Below the pieces are notes generated by a model. That model saw only the letters and a program-made list of their open reading frames with translations. It was not told where the DNA came from and searched no databases. Positions 42,185-52,692 of a DNA stretch of 64,000 nucleotides are shown one piece after another. Position 1 is the first letter of the stretch. The number at the start of each line of letters is the position of its first letter. The DNA lies in assembly GCA_963837235.1 (NCBI GenBank), contig CAWIMM010000002.1, positions 1,354,254 through 1,418,253 on the forward strand, written 5' to 3'. A program made the position numbers and the translations under genes. The DNA comes from an uncultured Pseudomonadota bacterium. GTDB taxonomy: Bacteria > Pseudomonadota > Alphaproteobacteria > Caulobacterales > Caulobacteraceae.

Positions 42185-42523
42185 CTAGGCCGCGGCGGCC
42201 GCCACGCCGGTCTCGGCGAGCCACTCGAGGATCTTCTGCTTGGGCATCGCGCCCAGCTTCATCGAGGCCATGCGGCCGTCCTTGAACAGCATCATGGTCG
42301 GGATGCCGCGCACGCCGTACCGTGAAGGCGTGGTGGGGCTCTCGTCGATGTTGAGCTTGGCGATCGTGACGTGGCCGGCCAGCTGCTCGGAAATCTGGTC
42401 GAGCGCCGGGCCGATCTGCTTGCAGGGGCCGCACCACTCCGCCCAGAAATCCACCAGGACCGGGCCCTCGGCCTTCAGCACATTCTGCTCGAAGGTCTCG
42501 TCGGTGACCGCAACCGTGCTCAT
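42185..42523 (-). CDS. trxA: Thioredoxin
   Basis: WAEWCGPCK, GIPT. Confidence 0.97.
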   Translation of the reverse strand: MSTVAVTDETFEQNVLKAEGPVLVDFWAEWCGPCKQIGPALDQISEQLAGHVTIAKLNIDESPTTPSRYGVRGIPTMMLFKDGRMASMKLGAMPKQKILEWLAETGVAAAAA

Positions 42524-42600
42524 GTCTCAACTCCCTGCAGCGCGGGGCAATCGCCGCGCCCGTTTTCAGCTTCGCCGATGTAGGCGCGGGCGGCGCTACA

Positions 42601-45600
42601 TCAAGCCGAGCCGCGTATCTCGTCCAGGGCCAGACGCAAGAGATTTTCTGGGATCGGCATGAGCTTCGGTCCATCGGTCCAGATCAGCGCCGCCTCGACG
42701 CGGCGGCCCGGGAACACCTCGCCGAGCAGCGCCCAGTAGAGCGCCATCTGGCGCACGTAGGCCGGGTCGGCGGCCTCGATCGCGGCCGGCGCCGGACGGT
42801 TGGTCTTGAAGTCGGCGACCAGCACGCGCGACGGCTCCACCACCAGCCGGTCGACGCGGCCGGAGACGGCGAGGCCCGCCGGCAGGCCCGGCGCCGTTCC
42901 CGAGAGCGCGATCTCGGCGCGCGAGCCCGGGCCGAACACCGCGGCGAAGCGCGCGTCATCCAGCACCGCCAGCGCGGCGGCCGCCATCTCGGCGCGCTGC
43001 TGGTCGGTGAGGTCGAGCTCACGGGCGAGGAGACGCGTGGCGGCGGCCGGCCGCTCGGCGGCGGCAATGTCGGGCAGCAGCTGCAGCAGCCGGTGGATGA
43101 TGTCGCCGCGCCGGTAGCGGCCGAGGCCCAGCGTACGGGCGAGCGGCGACGGCGCCGGCGCGCGGGCCTCCTCGCTGAGCCGCGAGGGGGCGGCGTAGCG
43201 GGCCGCCGCGGGCTCGGGGGGCGCGAGCCGGCTCGCCCAGGTTGGCAGCCGCGCGGCGGCGCCGAAGAGGTCGAGCTCGGCCTCGCCCATCACTTGGGGG
43301 TCCGCGCCGTAGCGGAGCGCGGCGGCGCCGCCCGCCAGCGGGACGTGGCGCACGTGCGGGGCGATGTCCGGGTGGCCGAAACCGGCCTCGATCACCTCGC
43401 GCCAACTGCCCTTGAACAGGTGGCCCTGGGTCTTCACCCCGCCGACGATCAGCCGATCGCGGGCCCGGGTCAGCGCCACGTAGAGCAGCCGCAGCGACTC
43501 GTGGTCGCCGGCCCGCTCGCGCTCGGCGCGGGCGGCCGCGGACGCCGGGCAGTCGTCGGCCTTGCGCGGCGCCCAGAGGAAGCCGCCGCCCTCGGCCTTC
43601 AAGAGCGGACCGCCCTGCACGGTGGCGCGGGTGGAGGTGTCGGGCAGGATCACGACCGGCGCTTCCAGCCCCTTGGCGCCGTGCGCGGTCATCACCCGCA
43701 CCTCGCCCCCAAAGCGCTCAGGGCCCTGGCGCTCCGGGTCCTCCTGCTCGCGCTTCACCTCGATCTCGCTGGCGGCCATCTCGGAGACGAACCGCTCCAG
43801 CTCGATGACGCCGCGCCGCTCGGCCGCCAGCGCCTCGGCCAGGTAGGCGTCGAGCGCGTCCTCGGCCTCGCGCCCCAGCCGCGTGAGGAAGCGGCGCTTC
43901 ATCGAGACCCCGCGCTCGTCGAGCCGCGCCAGCACCCGGGCGTAGAAGTCGAACGGCGCGCGCGCCTCGGCCTCGCGCCGCGCCCAGCTGAGGAACCGCA
44001 CCGCCTGGCCCCACTCGGGTCGCTCCGCCGCGCGGGCCTGCAGCGCCGTCCAGAGCGTGCGGCCCCGCGCCGTGGGCGAGGTCGTAGAGCGCCGTCTCGC
44101 TCGACGTCGCAGAAGGGGCTGCGCAGCAGCGCCGCCAGCGTCAGGTCGTCGCCGGCGAAGCGGGCGAAGCGGCCCAGCGCCAGGAGATCCTGGAACGCAA
44201 TGTGCTCGGAGAGCAGCAGCCGGTCGGCGCCGCCGACGGGGACATCCGCCTTCTTCAGCGCGCGGATGATCTCGTGGAAGAGCGCATTGCGGCGTCGGAC
44301 CAGGATCAGCACGTCGCCATGGCCCATCGGCCGTGGCTGGCCGGTCCGCTTGTCGACCACCGTCTCGCCGCGGGCGACCATCTGCTTCAGCGCGCCAGCG
44401 ATGCGGCGCGCGAGCTTCTTGTTGGCGCTCTCGGCGGGCTCGGCGTCGACCGGGGCCCAGGGGTCGGTCTCGTCGGTCTCGTCGGTCTCCTCCAGCGGCC
44501 ACAGCTCCACCGAGCCGGCCGGGCCGCGCGTCGCCACGTGCTGCAGCGGGAAGGCGGCGCTGCCGGCCGGCTTCAGCCCCGCGGCCGCGTCCGGCGCGTC
44601 GAACACCGCGTCGACGAACGACAGCACCTCGGGCGCCGAGCGCCAGCTTTCCAGCAGCGGCACCTGGTGGAACGGCCGGTCCGAGCCGCCGACCATCGCG
44701 GCGAAGCTCTGCGCCTCGGCGGCGAGCCGCTCTGGCGCGGCGCCCTGGAACGAGAAGATCGACTGCTTCTCGTCGCCGACCGCGAACACGGTGCGATGGC
44801 GCTCGCCGGCGCCCTGGCCGATGAAGAACTCGGCGGTGAGCGCGCGCAGGATGTCCCACTGCTCGGGGGCGGTGTCCTGCGCCTCGTCGAGCAGCACGTG
44901 GTCGAGGCCGCCGTCGAGCTTGAAGAGCACCCAGGCCGCGTCGGCGCGTACGGTCAGCAGCTCGTGCGTGCGCTCGATCAGGTCGCCGAAATCGAGCGCC
45001 CTCAGCGCATCCTTGGCCCCGTCGTAGAGCTGGGCGTGGGCGAGCGCCAGGCTGACCGCGTGGACGCTGGCTTCGGCGATGCGCGCGGCCCTGCACTGCT
45101 GGACCACCTTCCAGAGGCGCGCCTGCTCGTCCGCCAGCCACTGCCCGGCCCACGGGTCGACCGACTTGGTGGCGACGCGGTCCAGCGGCTCGCCTTCCTT
45201 GGTCGAGAAGACGGCCCAGACGTCGGCGAACGCCGAGGCCTCGTCGACCCTGAGCATCGCCTGGCCGCGCGCCCGGTCGGTGGCGCCGGCGCCGGACAGC
45301 AGCGCATCGGCGGCGCGCCGCCACTGGCCCCAGCGGATCCTGCCGACCGCCTCGGCCTCGATCGTCGTCGGCGTAGGTTGGCCGCATCGAACCCGCAGCG
45401 CCGCCAGATGTCCGTCCCGAAGCCGCCGGCGCGGTCGCAGCGCTCGACGTAGGCGCGGATCGCGCGCCGCTCGGCCTCGAAGGCGGCGAACATCTCCTGG
45501 AAGCGGCGGTAGTCGAGCTCGACCGAGAAGTAGGCGTAGGCCTGGCCGATCGGGCCCTCAGGAACCTTGCCAGCGCGGCCAGCGCCACGTCCTCGCGCGC

Positions 45601-46074
45601 CCGGGCCGAGACCTCGCGGGCGGCCGCGTCGTCGAGCACCGTGAAGCCCGGCGACACCCCGGCCTCCAGCGGGAAGCGCTTCAGGAGCTTCTCGCAGAAA
45701 GCGTGGATCGTGGTGATGCGGATGCCGCCCGGCGTCTCCAGGGCGCGGGCGAAGAGCTTGCGCGCGCGGCCGAGGTCGCGCGCCGGCTCGTCGAGGCGCC
45801 GCAGCGTCTCGGCCAGCCTGGCGTCGGGCATCACCGCCCAGTCGCCCAGCTCCTTGAAGAGCCGCCGCTGCATCTCGGCGGCGGCCGCCTTGGTGTAGGT
45901 GACGCAGAGCACCGCCTCGGGCCGCACGTCGGTGAGCAGCAGCCGCGCCACCCGGTCGACCAGCGTCTTGGTCTTGCCCGAGCCGGCGTTGGCGGCGACG
46001 AACACCGAGGCGGCGGGGTCGGAGGCGCGGACCTGCGGCGGCTTGCCGGAGAGGGTCTCGGCGCGGACGTTCAT
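42601..46074 (-). CDS. addA: Double-strand break repair helicase AddA (frameshifted)
   Basis: ANAGSGKT, TIHAFC, LDEAQDT, VGDEKQSIFSFQGA, GAKGLE, YVALTRA, DFKT nuclease motif. Confidence 0.95.
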   Translation of the reverse strand: MNVRAETLSGKPPQVRASDPAASVFVAANAGSGKTKTLVDRVARLLLTDVRPEAVLCVTYTKAAAAEMQRRLFKELGDWAVMPDARLAETLRRLDEPARDLGRARKLFARALETPGGIRITTIHAFCEKLLKRFPLEAGVSPGFTVLDDAAAREVSARAREDVALAALARFLRARSARPTPTSRSSSTTAASRRCSPPSRPSGARSAPTSSAATAPAASGRTSGGAAGSMRPTYADDDRGRGGRQDPLGPVAARRRCAAVRRRRHRPGARPGDAQGRRGLGVRRRLGRLLDQGRRAAGPRRHQVGRPVGRAVAGGRAGAPLEGGPAVQGRAHRRSQRPRGQPGARPRPALRRGQGCAEGARFRRPDRAHARAADRTRRRGLGALQARRRPRPRAARRGAGHRPRAVGHPARAHRRVLHRPGRRRAPSHRVRGRRREAVDLLVPGRRARAARRRGAELRRDGRRLGPAVPPGAAAGKLALGARGAVVRRRGVRRAGRGRGAEAGRQRRLPAAARGDARPGRLGGAVAAGGDRRDRRDRPLGPGRRRARRERQQEARAPHRWRAEADGRPRRDGGRQADRPATADGPWRRADPGPTPQCALPRDHPRAEEGGCPRRRRRPAAALRAHCVPGSPGAGPLRPLRRRRPDAGGAAAQPLLRRRARRRSTTSPTARGRTLWTALQARAAERPEWGQAVRFLSWARREAEARAPFDFYARVLARLDERGVSMKRRFLTRLGREAEDALDAYLAEALAAERRGVIELERFVSEMAASEIEVKREQEDPERQGPERFGGEVRVMTAHGAKGLEAPVVILPDTSTRATVQGGPLLKAEGGGFLWAPRKADDCPASAAARAERERAGDHESLRLLYVALTRARDRLIVGGVKTQGHLFKGSWREVIEAGFGHPDIAPHVRHVPLAGGAAALRYGADPQVMGEAELDLFGAAARLPTWASRLAPPEPAAARYAAPSRLSEEARAPAPSPLARTLGLGRYRRGDIIHRLLQLLPDIAAAERPAAATRLLARELDLTDQQRAEMAAAALAVLDDARFAAVFGPGSRAEIALSGTAPGLPAGLAVSGRVDRLVVEPSRVLVADFKTNRPAPAAIEAADPAYVRQMALYWALLGEVFPGRRVEAALIWTDGPKLMPIPENLLRLALDEIRGSA

Positions 46075-49069
46075 GCCGCGTCCTCCTCGTCGCCGATCAC
46101 GCCCCATTCCCAGAGCCGGCCGAGGTGGTCGTAGTCGCCGCCCCACTTGCCCATGAACTGCGGCGCGGCCCAGGCCACGTAGGGCGTGGATTCGTTGTCG
46201 AACGCCTCGACGCGGCGCTTAAGGCCAGCCAGCGCGCGGGCGGCCATGTCGGCGCTCTCGCCGCGGAAGGCGCGGACCTCCTCGCGGCCCGGAATGCGTC
46301 CGCCGCTGACCCGGATGTAGGCGAGCTCGCCAGGCTCGGCCGGCCCGATGTCGGCGAAGCCGCCCGCCTTGAGGATCGCGGCGGTCAGCGTCAGCTGCGG
46401 CGACAGGCCCGAGGCCACCTGCTTGGCGGTCGGCGCGCTGCCGGTCTTGAAGTCGAGCACGTCGGCGAGCGCCCCGCGCAGCTCGATGCGGTCGGCCTTG
46501 GCGGTGACGGTGAAGGGGCCGGCGGGCGCCTCGAAGGCCATCGCGCCGCTCTGCTCGATGAACAGCGCCGCGCCGGGCCGGCGGCGCATCTCGAACTTGA
46601 CCACCCAGGGCGCGACGTTGATCGCCAGCGCCTGCTCGCGGGCGAGCCGGTGGGTCGGCACGCCGGCCTCGGCCAGGCACTCGATCAGGATGCCGGCGAA
46701 GGCCGCCTCGGCGCCGCCGCGCCAGCGGCCCCGGGTGCTCGCGGGCGAAGCGCTCGAAGGCGGCGTGGATGGCGGTGCCTCTGGCCAGCGCCTCCACCGG
46801 CTCGCCGGGCCGGTCGAGCGGGTAGAGACCCAGGATGTAGCGGGCGTAGACGGCGTAGGGGTCGCGGATCCAGCGCTCGACGCCGGTGACCGGCAGCTTG
46901 CGCGGCCGCACCGCGACCGGCGGCGTCGGCGCGGGCCGGGACTGCGGCGCTGAACGCCTCCGGCGCATCGAGCGCGCGGGCCTGGTCCAGCAGCGCCGGC
47001 CGGGTCGGCAGGGCGAGGCCGGCGCCCCGCACCAGCGTCTCCAGCCGCCAGAGCCAGCGCGAGGCGACCGCCGGCGCGCCCTCGCGGCGCTCCGAGGCGA
47101 TCAGCACCGCCTCCGGCGCGCTGGCGCCCTGGGCGAAGTCGTGGGCGGCGAGGCCGAGGCGGCGCTCCGGCGGCGGCAGGCCGAGCGCGCTCCGCATCGG
47201 CCGCGACAGGAACGGATCGACCGGCGCGCCCTGCGGCCAGACGCCCTCCTCGAGCCCGGCCAGGACGACGAGGTCGGCGCGCGCCAGCCGCGCCTCGATC
47301 GCGCCGAGGATGCGCAGGCGCGGGTGGGTCGCGCCGCCGCCGCGCACCGTCTCGCGGGCGACCAGCGCCTCGACCAGCTCGGCGAAGCCGGCCGGCGAGA
47401 CGGCGGGCAGGCCGTCGCTCTCCTCGATCAGCGAGGCGATCAGCGCGGCGCCGCACTCGCCGGCGAGGCCGCCCCAGAGATCGCCCCGGGGCCGCCGCCG
47501 GATCGCCCGCCGGTCCACGCGCCAGCCTCTCGATCGCCTCGGCCAGCGCGACGGCGGCCTCCGACGGACGCGCCGGGCCGGCGGCGAACGGCGCGGCGAG
47601 CCGCTCGGCCGCCGCCGCGCAGCTCAGCCAGCAGGCCGAGCGCGCCCTCCGACTTGGCCTGCGCGGCGATGGCCTCCCAAGTATCGCGCCGCGGGCCGCG
47701 CAGCGCCAGCTCCAGGTCGCGGCGCGCGGCGGCCAGCGCCGGCTCGTCGAGGCCGAAGCGCGCGAAGCGGTGCTTGGCGATGCCCAGCATCGTCACCGGG
47801 TCGAGCGGATCGTGCGCGGCGCGGGCGGCAAGCCCGATCAGCGCGGCGATCGGATAGCCGGCCAGCGGCGCGCCGGCCGAGCTATCGGCCGCCACGCCCC
47901 AGCGCGTCAGCCGCGCGCTGACCCGGCGGGCCAGCGCCGCGTCCGGCGTCACCAGAGCGGCGGTGCGGCCGGGCGTCTCCAGCGCCTCGCGCAGCAGCAG
48001 GGCCGCGGCGGTGGCCGCCTCCTCCTCGGCGCGGGCGTAGACCACCGCGAGGCCGTCCAGGCCGGCGGCGATCGGGTCGATCCCGTCAGCCGCGCCCTCG
48101 TCGCGCAACCGCTTGATCTGCGCCAGCCAGTCGGCGGTGGCCTCGGCGGGGCGCAGCGCCTCGTTGATCAGCCGCCGGCGCCAGCGCCCGCGCGCATCGG
48201 CGTCGCCGCGCCAGGGGCGGACGTCGCCGCGGTCCGCGCCGGCGCGGGAAAGCAGACGCTTCAGGCCGCCCTGCGGGTGCTGCTCGCCGACCTCGCGCCA
48301 GGCGCTCTCGGCGAGGCTGAGGTCGAGGCCGGGCAGCACCACCGCGCCCTTCGGCAGGCCGGCGATCACGGTCAGCAGGTCGGCGACCGCCGGCTGGCTG
48401 CCGGTCGAGCCGGCGGCGATCACCACGTGGTCGGCGTGCCTCCTCGGTCCAGCGCGCGGCCAGCGCCCGCAGCAGCGCCACCCGGCGCGCGCCGACGTCC
48501 ATCAGCCCGAGCGCATCCAGCCGCTCGGGCCACTCGGCGAGCGCCAGCTTCAGGAACTCGGCCGACACCTGCCAGTGTCGCGCCAGCGCCTCCGGCGCGA
48601 GGTCGTCGATCAGCCCCAGCGGCGCGGCCTCCTCGATCTCGACGCTGTCGAGGAAGCCGGCCAGCGCGTCGGCCAGCTCCAGCGCGCCGGCGGCGTCGAG
48701 GCTGCGGCCGAGCGCGTCCTGGTGGCCCGCGACCAGCCGCGCCAGCTCGTAGCGGCGGCGGCTCGCGGAGATCGCCGGCGGCAGGTCGAGGGCAAGCTCG
48801 CCCGGCTCGAACGGCGGCTCGCCCTCGTCGAGGTCGCCGAGCGCGCGCATCTGGGGCAGCAGCACGGCGCCCGCGCCGGAAACCGCCAGGAAGGCGTCGG
48901 CGAGATCGCGGCCGGCGCGGCGGGTGGGCGTCAGCACGGTGGCTTCGGCGAGCGCGTCGGGGCCGAGCGGCGCCAGCGCCTCGGTCAGGCCGCGCGCCAG
49001 GTCCTCCAGGAACGGCCGCCCCGCCTCGATGTTGAACCAGCGCGGCCGCGCCTGGCTGAGGAAGCTCAC
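46071..49069 (-). CDS. addB: Double-strand break repair protein AddB (frameshifted)
   Basis: PTRRA, AGSTGS, HPQ, GLEEGVWP, SRWLWRL, RDPY, ADRI, DFKTG. Confidence 0.93.
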
Positions 49070-49786
49070 GCCGCCTCCTTGAGCCGCGCCTCCGCCGCCT
49101 CCAGCGCGGCGGGATCGCCGACCTGCATCCAGTAGCCGTCCGGGACCACGCCGAAGAGCCGCCCGCGCGCTTGCGCCGCCTGCCAGACCCGGAACAGCGA
49201 GAACTTCTCGTCCGCCACCTCATAGACCCGCTGCGGGTCGAGGATCTCGACGCCGAAGCAGTGCAGCGGCGCTTCCGCCGCCTCGCCGCGGTGGGTCAGC
49301 GCGCCGCCGTCGTCCCGGAAGAAGTCGCCGGGCGTGTCGAAGCCGGCCGTCCGCTGCTTCGGGACCACGATCAGGCAGGCGTCCATCCGCGCCGGATCCC
49401 AGGCGGCGGCGACCTTGCCGAGCGCGTCGTCGCGGCCCTCCATCCAGACGTAGTCGCTGTTGGCGACCCAGATCGGCGCCTCGCCCAGCATCGGCGCGCG
49501 CCCGCTTCAGGCCGCCGCCGGTCTCCAGCAGCGCCGCGCGCTCGTCGGAAATCAGGATCTCGGGGCTGCGGCGACGCGCGAGATGGTCCTCCATCTGGTC
49601 GGCGAAGGCGTGCACGTTGACCACCGCGCGCGTCACGCCGGCGGCCTCCAGCCGGTCGAGGATATGGTCGATCAGCGTCCGGCCGCCGACCTCGATCAGC
49701 GCCTTCGGCCGGTGCTCGGTCAGAGGGCGCATCCGAAGGCCGAGGCCCGCGGCCATCACCATCGCGGTCCTTGGAGCGGCGCTCAT
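49066..49786 (-). CDS. murU: Nucleotidyltransferase, MurU-like (frameshifted)
   Basis: AAGLGLRMRPLT..RPKAL, LETGGG, NSD; adjacent to an amgK-like gene. Confidence 0.75.
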
Positions 49787-50892
49787 ATCCGCTTCTCCGC
49801 CGGCACGTTGGCGTCGAGCCAGGCGCGCAGGGGGCCGAGCTCGGCCGAGCCGGCCATGCAGCGCTCCAGGTAGCGCCACATGCGCGGGGTGAAGGCGCGG
49901 TATTTCGGCCGGCCGAAGCCGGCCACCTGCCGCGCGAAGATGAAGAGGATCCGAATCACGTTGAGCGCGCCCAGCGCATGATAGTCGGCCAGGAACGCAT
50001 CGCGATCGAGTTCGGGGCGGGCGGCGAGATAGCGCGCGAGCGCGGCGGATTCCCGCTCTTCGGAGACGTCGCGGCGGCCGTCGTGCAGCAGCATCGAGAA
50101 GTCCCACGCGGGGTGGGCCTTCAGCGCGTCCTGGAAGTCCAGCAGGCCGACGCGCGCGGCGGCCGGCCGCCCGGCGAGCCAGAGCAGGTTCTCGGCGTGG
50201 TAGTCGCGGTGGCAGAAGACCGAGGCCCGGGCCTCGCCGCGCGAGCGGATCGGCGCCCAGAACGCCTCCCAGTCCGCGATCGCCGCCTCGCTGAACGGCG
50301 CCATGCCGGCGTACTTCGGCCACCATTCCAGGAAGAGCGCGGCGCCGGTCTGCAGCACCAGCGAATCGTAGGTGAGCAGCGGCCAGCGCGAGCCGCCGCC
50401 CTCCAGCACCGCCGGCGGCGCCTCGGCGTGCAGCTTGACCAGCGTGTCGACCGCTGCGTCGTAGAGCGGCGCCTCGTCGTCGCCCGAGGCGATCAGCGTG
50501 GCGTAGAGGTCATCGCCCAGGTCCTCGAGCACCGCGAGGCCGCTGGCGGCGTCGGCGGCGATGATCTCCGGCGCCGAGAGCCCCTTGGAGCGCAGCCAGC
50601 CCGCGCAGGCCACGAACGCGTCGACCCGGCCGGCGGCCAGCCTCGCCATCGCGTTGTAGCCGAGCGCGCGGCGCTCGTCCGGCGTGGCTTCCGGCGGGCA
50701 GGGCTGGGTCTCGGCCTGCGGCGGCTGGTCCATGAAGATCAGCCGGCCGCCGGCGGGCAGGTGCAGCCGCTCGTAGAGGCGCGTGGACGCATCGCCCGGC
50801 AGGCGCTCGCGGCGCGCCTCGGCGAAACCGTGGGTGGCCAGGAAATCGGCCTTCAGCCCCTCGCGCGCACTTGCTTCGGACTCAGAACTCAA
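49783..50892 (-). CDS. amgK: Aminoglycoside phosphotransferase-fold kinase, AmgK-like
   Basis: GDASTRLY, EDLGD, HRDYHAENL, LDFQDA. Confidence 0.8.
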   Translation of the reverse strand: MSSESEASAREGLKADFLATHGFAEARRERLPGDASTRLYERLHLPAGGRLIFMDQPPQAETQPCPPEATPDERRALGYNAMARLAAGRVDAFVACAGWLRSKGLSAPEIIAADAASGLAVLEDLGDDLYATLIASGDDEAPLYDAAVDTLVKLHAEAPPAVLEGGGSRWPLLTYDSLVLQTGAALFLEWWPKYAGMAPFSEAAIADWEAFWAPIRSRGEARASVFCHRDYHAENLLWLAGRPAAARVGLLDFQDALKAHPAWDFSMLLHDGRRDVSEERESAALARYLAARPELDRDAFLADYHALGALNVIRILFIFARQVAGFGRPKYRAFTPRMWRYLERCMAGSAELGPLRAWLDANVPAEKRI

Positions 50893-51343
50893 GCGCTCGC
50901 CCCTCCCAGGCGCCGTGCGGGTTGAGGCTGGCGCGGCGCCGCTCGCCCTCGATGCGCAGCTCCACGTCGAGCCGGTCGGGCGGCAGGTGGTGCCCGAGCT
51001 TCTCCGGCCACTCGATCACCGCCGCGCCCTCGTCCAGCGCCTCGTCGAGGCCGAGCTCGGCCGCCTCCTCGGGCTTGTCCAGCCGGTAGAGGTCGAAGTG
51101 GGTGAGGGGAAACGACTTGGTCTCGTAGGTCTGCGCCAAAGTGAAGGTGGGGCTGGGCGCCTCGGTGGCCTCGCCGGTCAGCGCGCGGATCAGCGCCCGC
51201 GCCAGGCTCGACTTGCCGGCCCCCAGCGGCCCGGAAAGGCAGACCGCCTCGCGGCGCTTCAGCTCGCGCGCGATCGCCGCGCCGAGCCGCTCGGTGTCGA
51301 CCTCGCGGTCGAGCCGGAACTGTCCTTCCGCTGGAACGATCAT
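50882..51343 (-). CDS. tsaE: tRNA threonylcarbamoyladenosine biosynthesis ATPase
   Basis: GPLGAGKS, SPTFTL, HFDLYRL, IEW. Confidence 0.95.
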   Translation of the reverse strand: MIVPAEGQFRLDREVDTERLGAAIARELKRREAVCLSGPLGAGKSSLARALIRALTGEATEAPSPTFTLAQTYETKSFPLTHFDLYRLDKPEEAAELGLDEALDEGAAVIEWPEKLGHHLPPDRLDVELRIEGERRRASLNPHGAWEGRALEF

Positions 51344-51541
51344 CTAGAGGCCGCCGCGCTGGGTCCGAACCGTGAACGGCGCACCATGGGCGCGCCGCGC
51401 CGGCCCGGCAAGCGGCGAGCGAGGCCTCGGGCGGCGACACATCGCCCCCGGCCCACGTTCGGGTTTGCTTGACCCGCGGCGGGGCTCGGCAAATCCTCTG
51501 GGGACGTTTCTGGCGACGTTTCTGGCGACGAGGGCTGCGAC

Positions 51542-52177
51542 ATGCGCCGATTCCTGGTCTGGCTGGCGCTGATCGGCGTCCTGGTGGTGGCGGGCGCCGT
51601 GGTGTTCCTGATGTGGGACCTCGACTGGCGCTGGCAGCCCCACACGCTGAACAAGAACCAGGCCGAGCTCGCCCGCACGCTCGACCAGTCCGGCTGGGTC
51701 TCCCCGCACCTGCAGGGGCCGAAGCTCTACGTGATCGCGTATCGCAACTGCGCGGCCTGCACCCTGTTCGAGGCGGCCGAGTTCCCGAAGCTGCAGGCGG
51801 CGCAGGTCGACACCCGGGTGATCATGATCGCCCGGCCCGACCTCAACGGGCAGGCGCTCTCCACGCCCGTCGAGCGCGCCACGGTGGCGGAGCTCTGGGT
51901 GGGCCGCAGCTGGAAGCTGTTCCAGCAGTGGTCGCTGGCCAGCCCGCAGACCTGGGCCGCGCCCGGGATCGCCCCCGCCGACGGCGATGCGGCGCGCACG
52001 GCGGTGATCGAGGCGGGCAGGGCGCTGGTCACTAAGGTCACGCCCCTGCTGGGAGCCAACGGGGTGAACTTCGCCTACCCGACGCTCGTCTGGTGGACCA
52101 AGGACGGCCACATGCGCTCTTGCGCCTGCATGTCGCCCGACAGCTGGCGCTTCGTCGAGGCGGAGCTGGGAGCGTAA
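51542..52177 (+). CDS. Membrane-anchored thioredoxin-fold hypothetical protein
   Basis: N-terminal TM segment, CAAC (CxxC), YPT cis-Pro-like loop, CAC. Confidence 0.65.
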   Translation: MRRFLVWLALIGVLVVAGAVVFLMWDLDWRWQPHTLNKNQAELARTLDQSGWVSPHLQGPKLYVIAYRNCAACTLFEAAEFPKLQAAQVDTRVIMIARPDLNGQALSTPVERATVAELWVGRSWKLFQQWSLASPQTWAAPGIAPADGDAARTAVIEAGRALVTKVTPLLGANGVNFAYPTLVWWTKDGHMRSCACMSPDSWRFVEAELGA

Positions 52178-52179
52178 CT

Positions 52180-52320
52180 TCCCTCCCCTTCATGGGAGGG
52201 TGTCCGGAGCAAAGCGACGGACGGGTGGGGGAGTTTCGAGCCGCCTCGGCGCCTCACGTTGACGCGTCCAACATCCCCACCCGGTCGCTTCGCGACCACC
52301 CTCCCCATGGAGGGGAGGGA
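52180..52320. repeat. Palindromic element, family F
   Basis: TCCCTCCCCTTCATGGG...CCCATG.AGGGGAGGGA; second copy at 57431. Confidence 0.85.
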
Positions 52321-52337
52321 CACAGCGGGAGGGGCCG

Positions 52338-52565
52338 TCAGCGCGGATTGAAAAGGCGCGAGCCCTTCACCTTTTCGCGGTTGGCGGCGCGGGTCTTCGG
52401 GCCCTGGCCGCGGTCGGCCTCGGTCTTCACCGGCCGGCGGGTGTGGTTCTCGCCGTGCTGCGCCTTGGTCGGCGGGCCGTCGTCCCACGGGTCCAGCCGC
52501 TCGACCTCGTCGTCCGTGACCTCGTACGGGGTTTCGCGACCGAAGGACTTGGGCTCGTCGGGCAT
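52338..52565 (-). CDS. Small hydrophilic hypothetical protein
   Basis: 75 aa MPDEPKSFGRETPYE..., AGGAG RBS, GC-biased codons. Confidence 0.65.
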   Translation of the reverse strand: MPDEPKSFGRETPYEVTDDEVERLDPWDDGPPTKAQHGENHTRRPVKTEADRGQGPKTRAANREKVKGSRLFNPR

Positions 52566-52692
52566 CACGGACTCCTCTGGGATTTCCCCCCATTGAGAGA
52601 CCAACCGGCCGACTATACGACGGTTCTGCCGCAAGCGCGTGCGGCAAACGCCGACGCTTGAGCCGAACGGCCTGAGCCGCTAGGCGGGGCCG

